Positions 63,618 to 64,000 of a stretch of 64,000 nt of DNA are shown piece by piece. Made by a program: the position numbers and the translations under genes. The notes under the pieces were generated by a model that was given only the letters and a program-made list of their open reading frames with translations, had not been told where the DNA came from and made no database searches. Location: contig NW_027362761.1 of the NCBI RefSeq assembly GCF_046119375.1, positions 1,035,028,001 to 1,035,092,000 of the forward strand. Direction: 5' to 3'. Source of the stretch: Phyllobates terribilis (lineage: Eukaryota). The number at the start of each line of letters is the position of its first letter. Position 1 is the stretch's first letter.

Positions 63618-64000
63618 TGTTATGATCTGCTACAAGCACTAAGGAAAGAAAGGAGATCTGTCCCTACAATAGAACTAAGCTAGATCCCTACGATGTAACG
63701 GGGAACCTGATCCTGCGATCAGACCCGCTAAAGTCCTCGGCTAGTCTGTACGAAGACCTATAGATGCAAGGGAGGGATCCCTACAAGAACTAGGGACTGG
63801 GATAAAGTTGGACACCTCCTAGCAGAAATTGTATCAGTAAAAGACAAACACACAACATAGAACATAAAGGTCCGAAGACCTAGCTAAACTGACTGAGAAA
63901 GGTAACTAAGCACCAGGCTAGCTTAAGAGTAGAAATTACAATGAAGTCCAGCAAGGCCAGGAGGGCGGAGCTGGATTAAATAGGCAAAAAACATCATGTG

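Larger units (their letters stand above)
40748..64000 (-). mobile_element. Tf1/sushi-type chromoviral LTR retrotransposon, interrupted by the hAT; 5' LTR cut by the window edge
   Basis: LTRs 40748-41170 and 63618 to beyond 64000 (9 differences in 383 bp); PPT after 41170; gag-pro-RT-RH-IN-chromodomain. Confidence 0.95.

Overview
Repeat-dense vertebrate genomic DNA, probably anuran (inferred from the TE end motifs). A decayed, intron-containing MAST-like kinase gene lies on the + strand (3.9-35.6 kb), and there are two stacks of nested mobile elements. Stack 1: a complete Gypsy LTR element (7249-28227, TSD GTAT) is split in pol by a 13,043-bp Maverick/Polinton derivative (10971-24013, AGTAGT termini, TSD AGGGCC). 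That derivative is one giant palindrome. The module polB, packaging ATPase and two small genes occurs twice, head-to-head around a 254-bp spacer, and no integrase, protease or capsid genes are visible. It looks like a snap-back (copy-back) defective Maverick genome integrated in trans, and it is the strongest candidate for a new system here. Stack 2: a Gypsy integrase region contains a Tf1/sushi-type chromovirus with a self-priming signature. That chromovirus contains an 18.3-kb hAT element (TSD GTCATAAC), whose transposase is interrupted by an inverted fold-back derivative of the same family with a flip/flop hairpin core. The hAT also carries Tc1, L1, solo-LTR and 18S rRNA fragments. All coordinates and counts were read by hand; family names come from motif recognition, not database searches.
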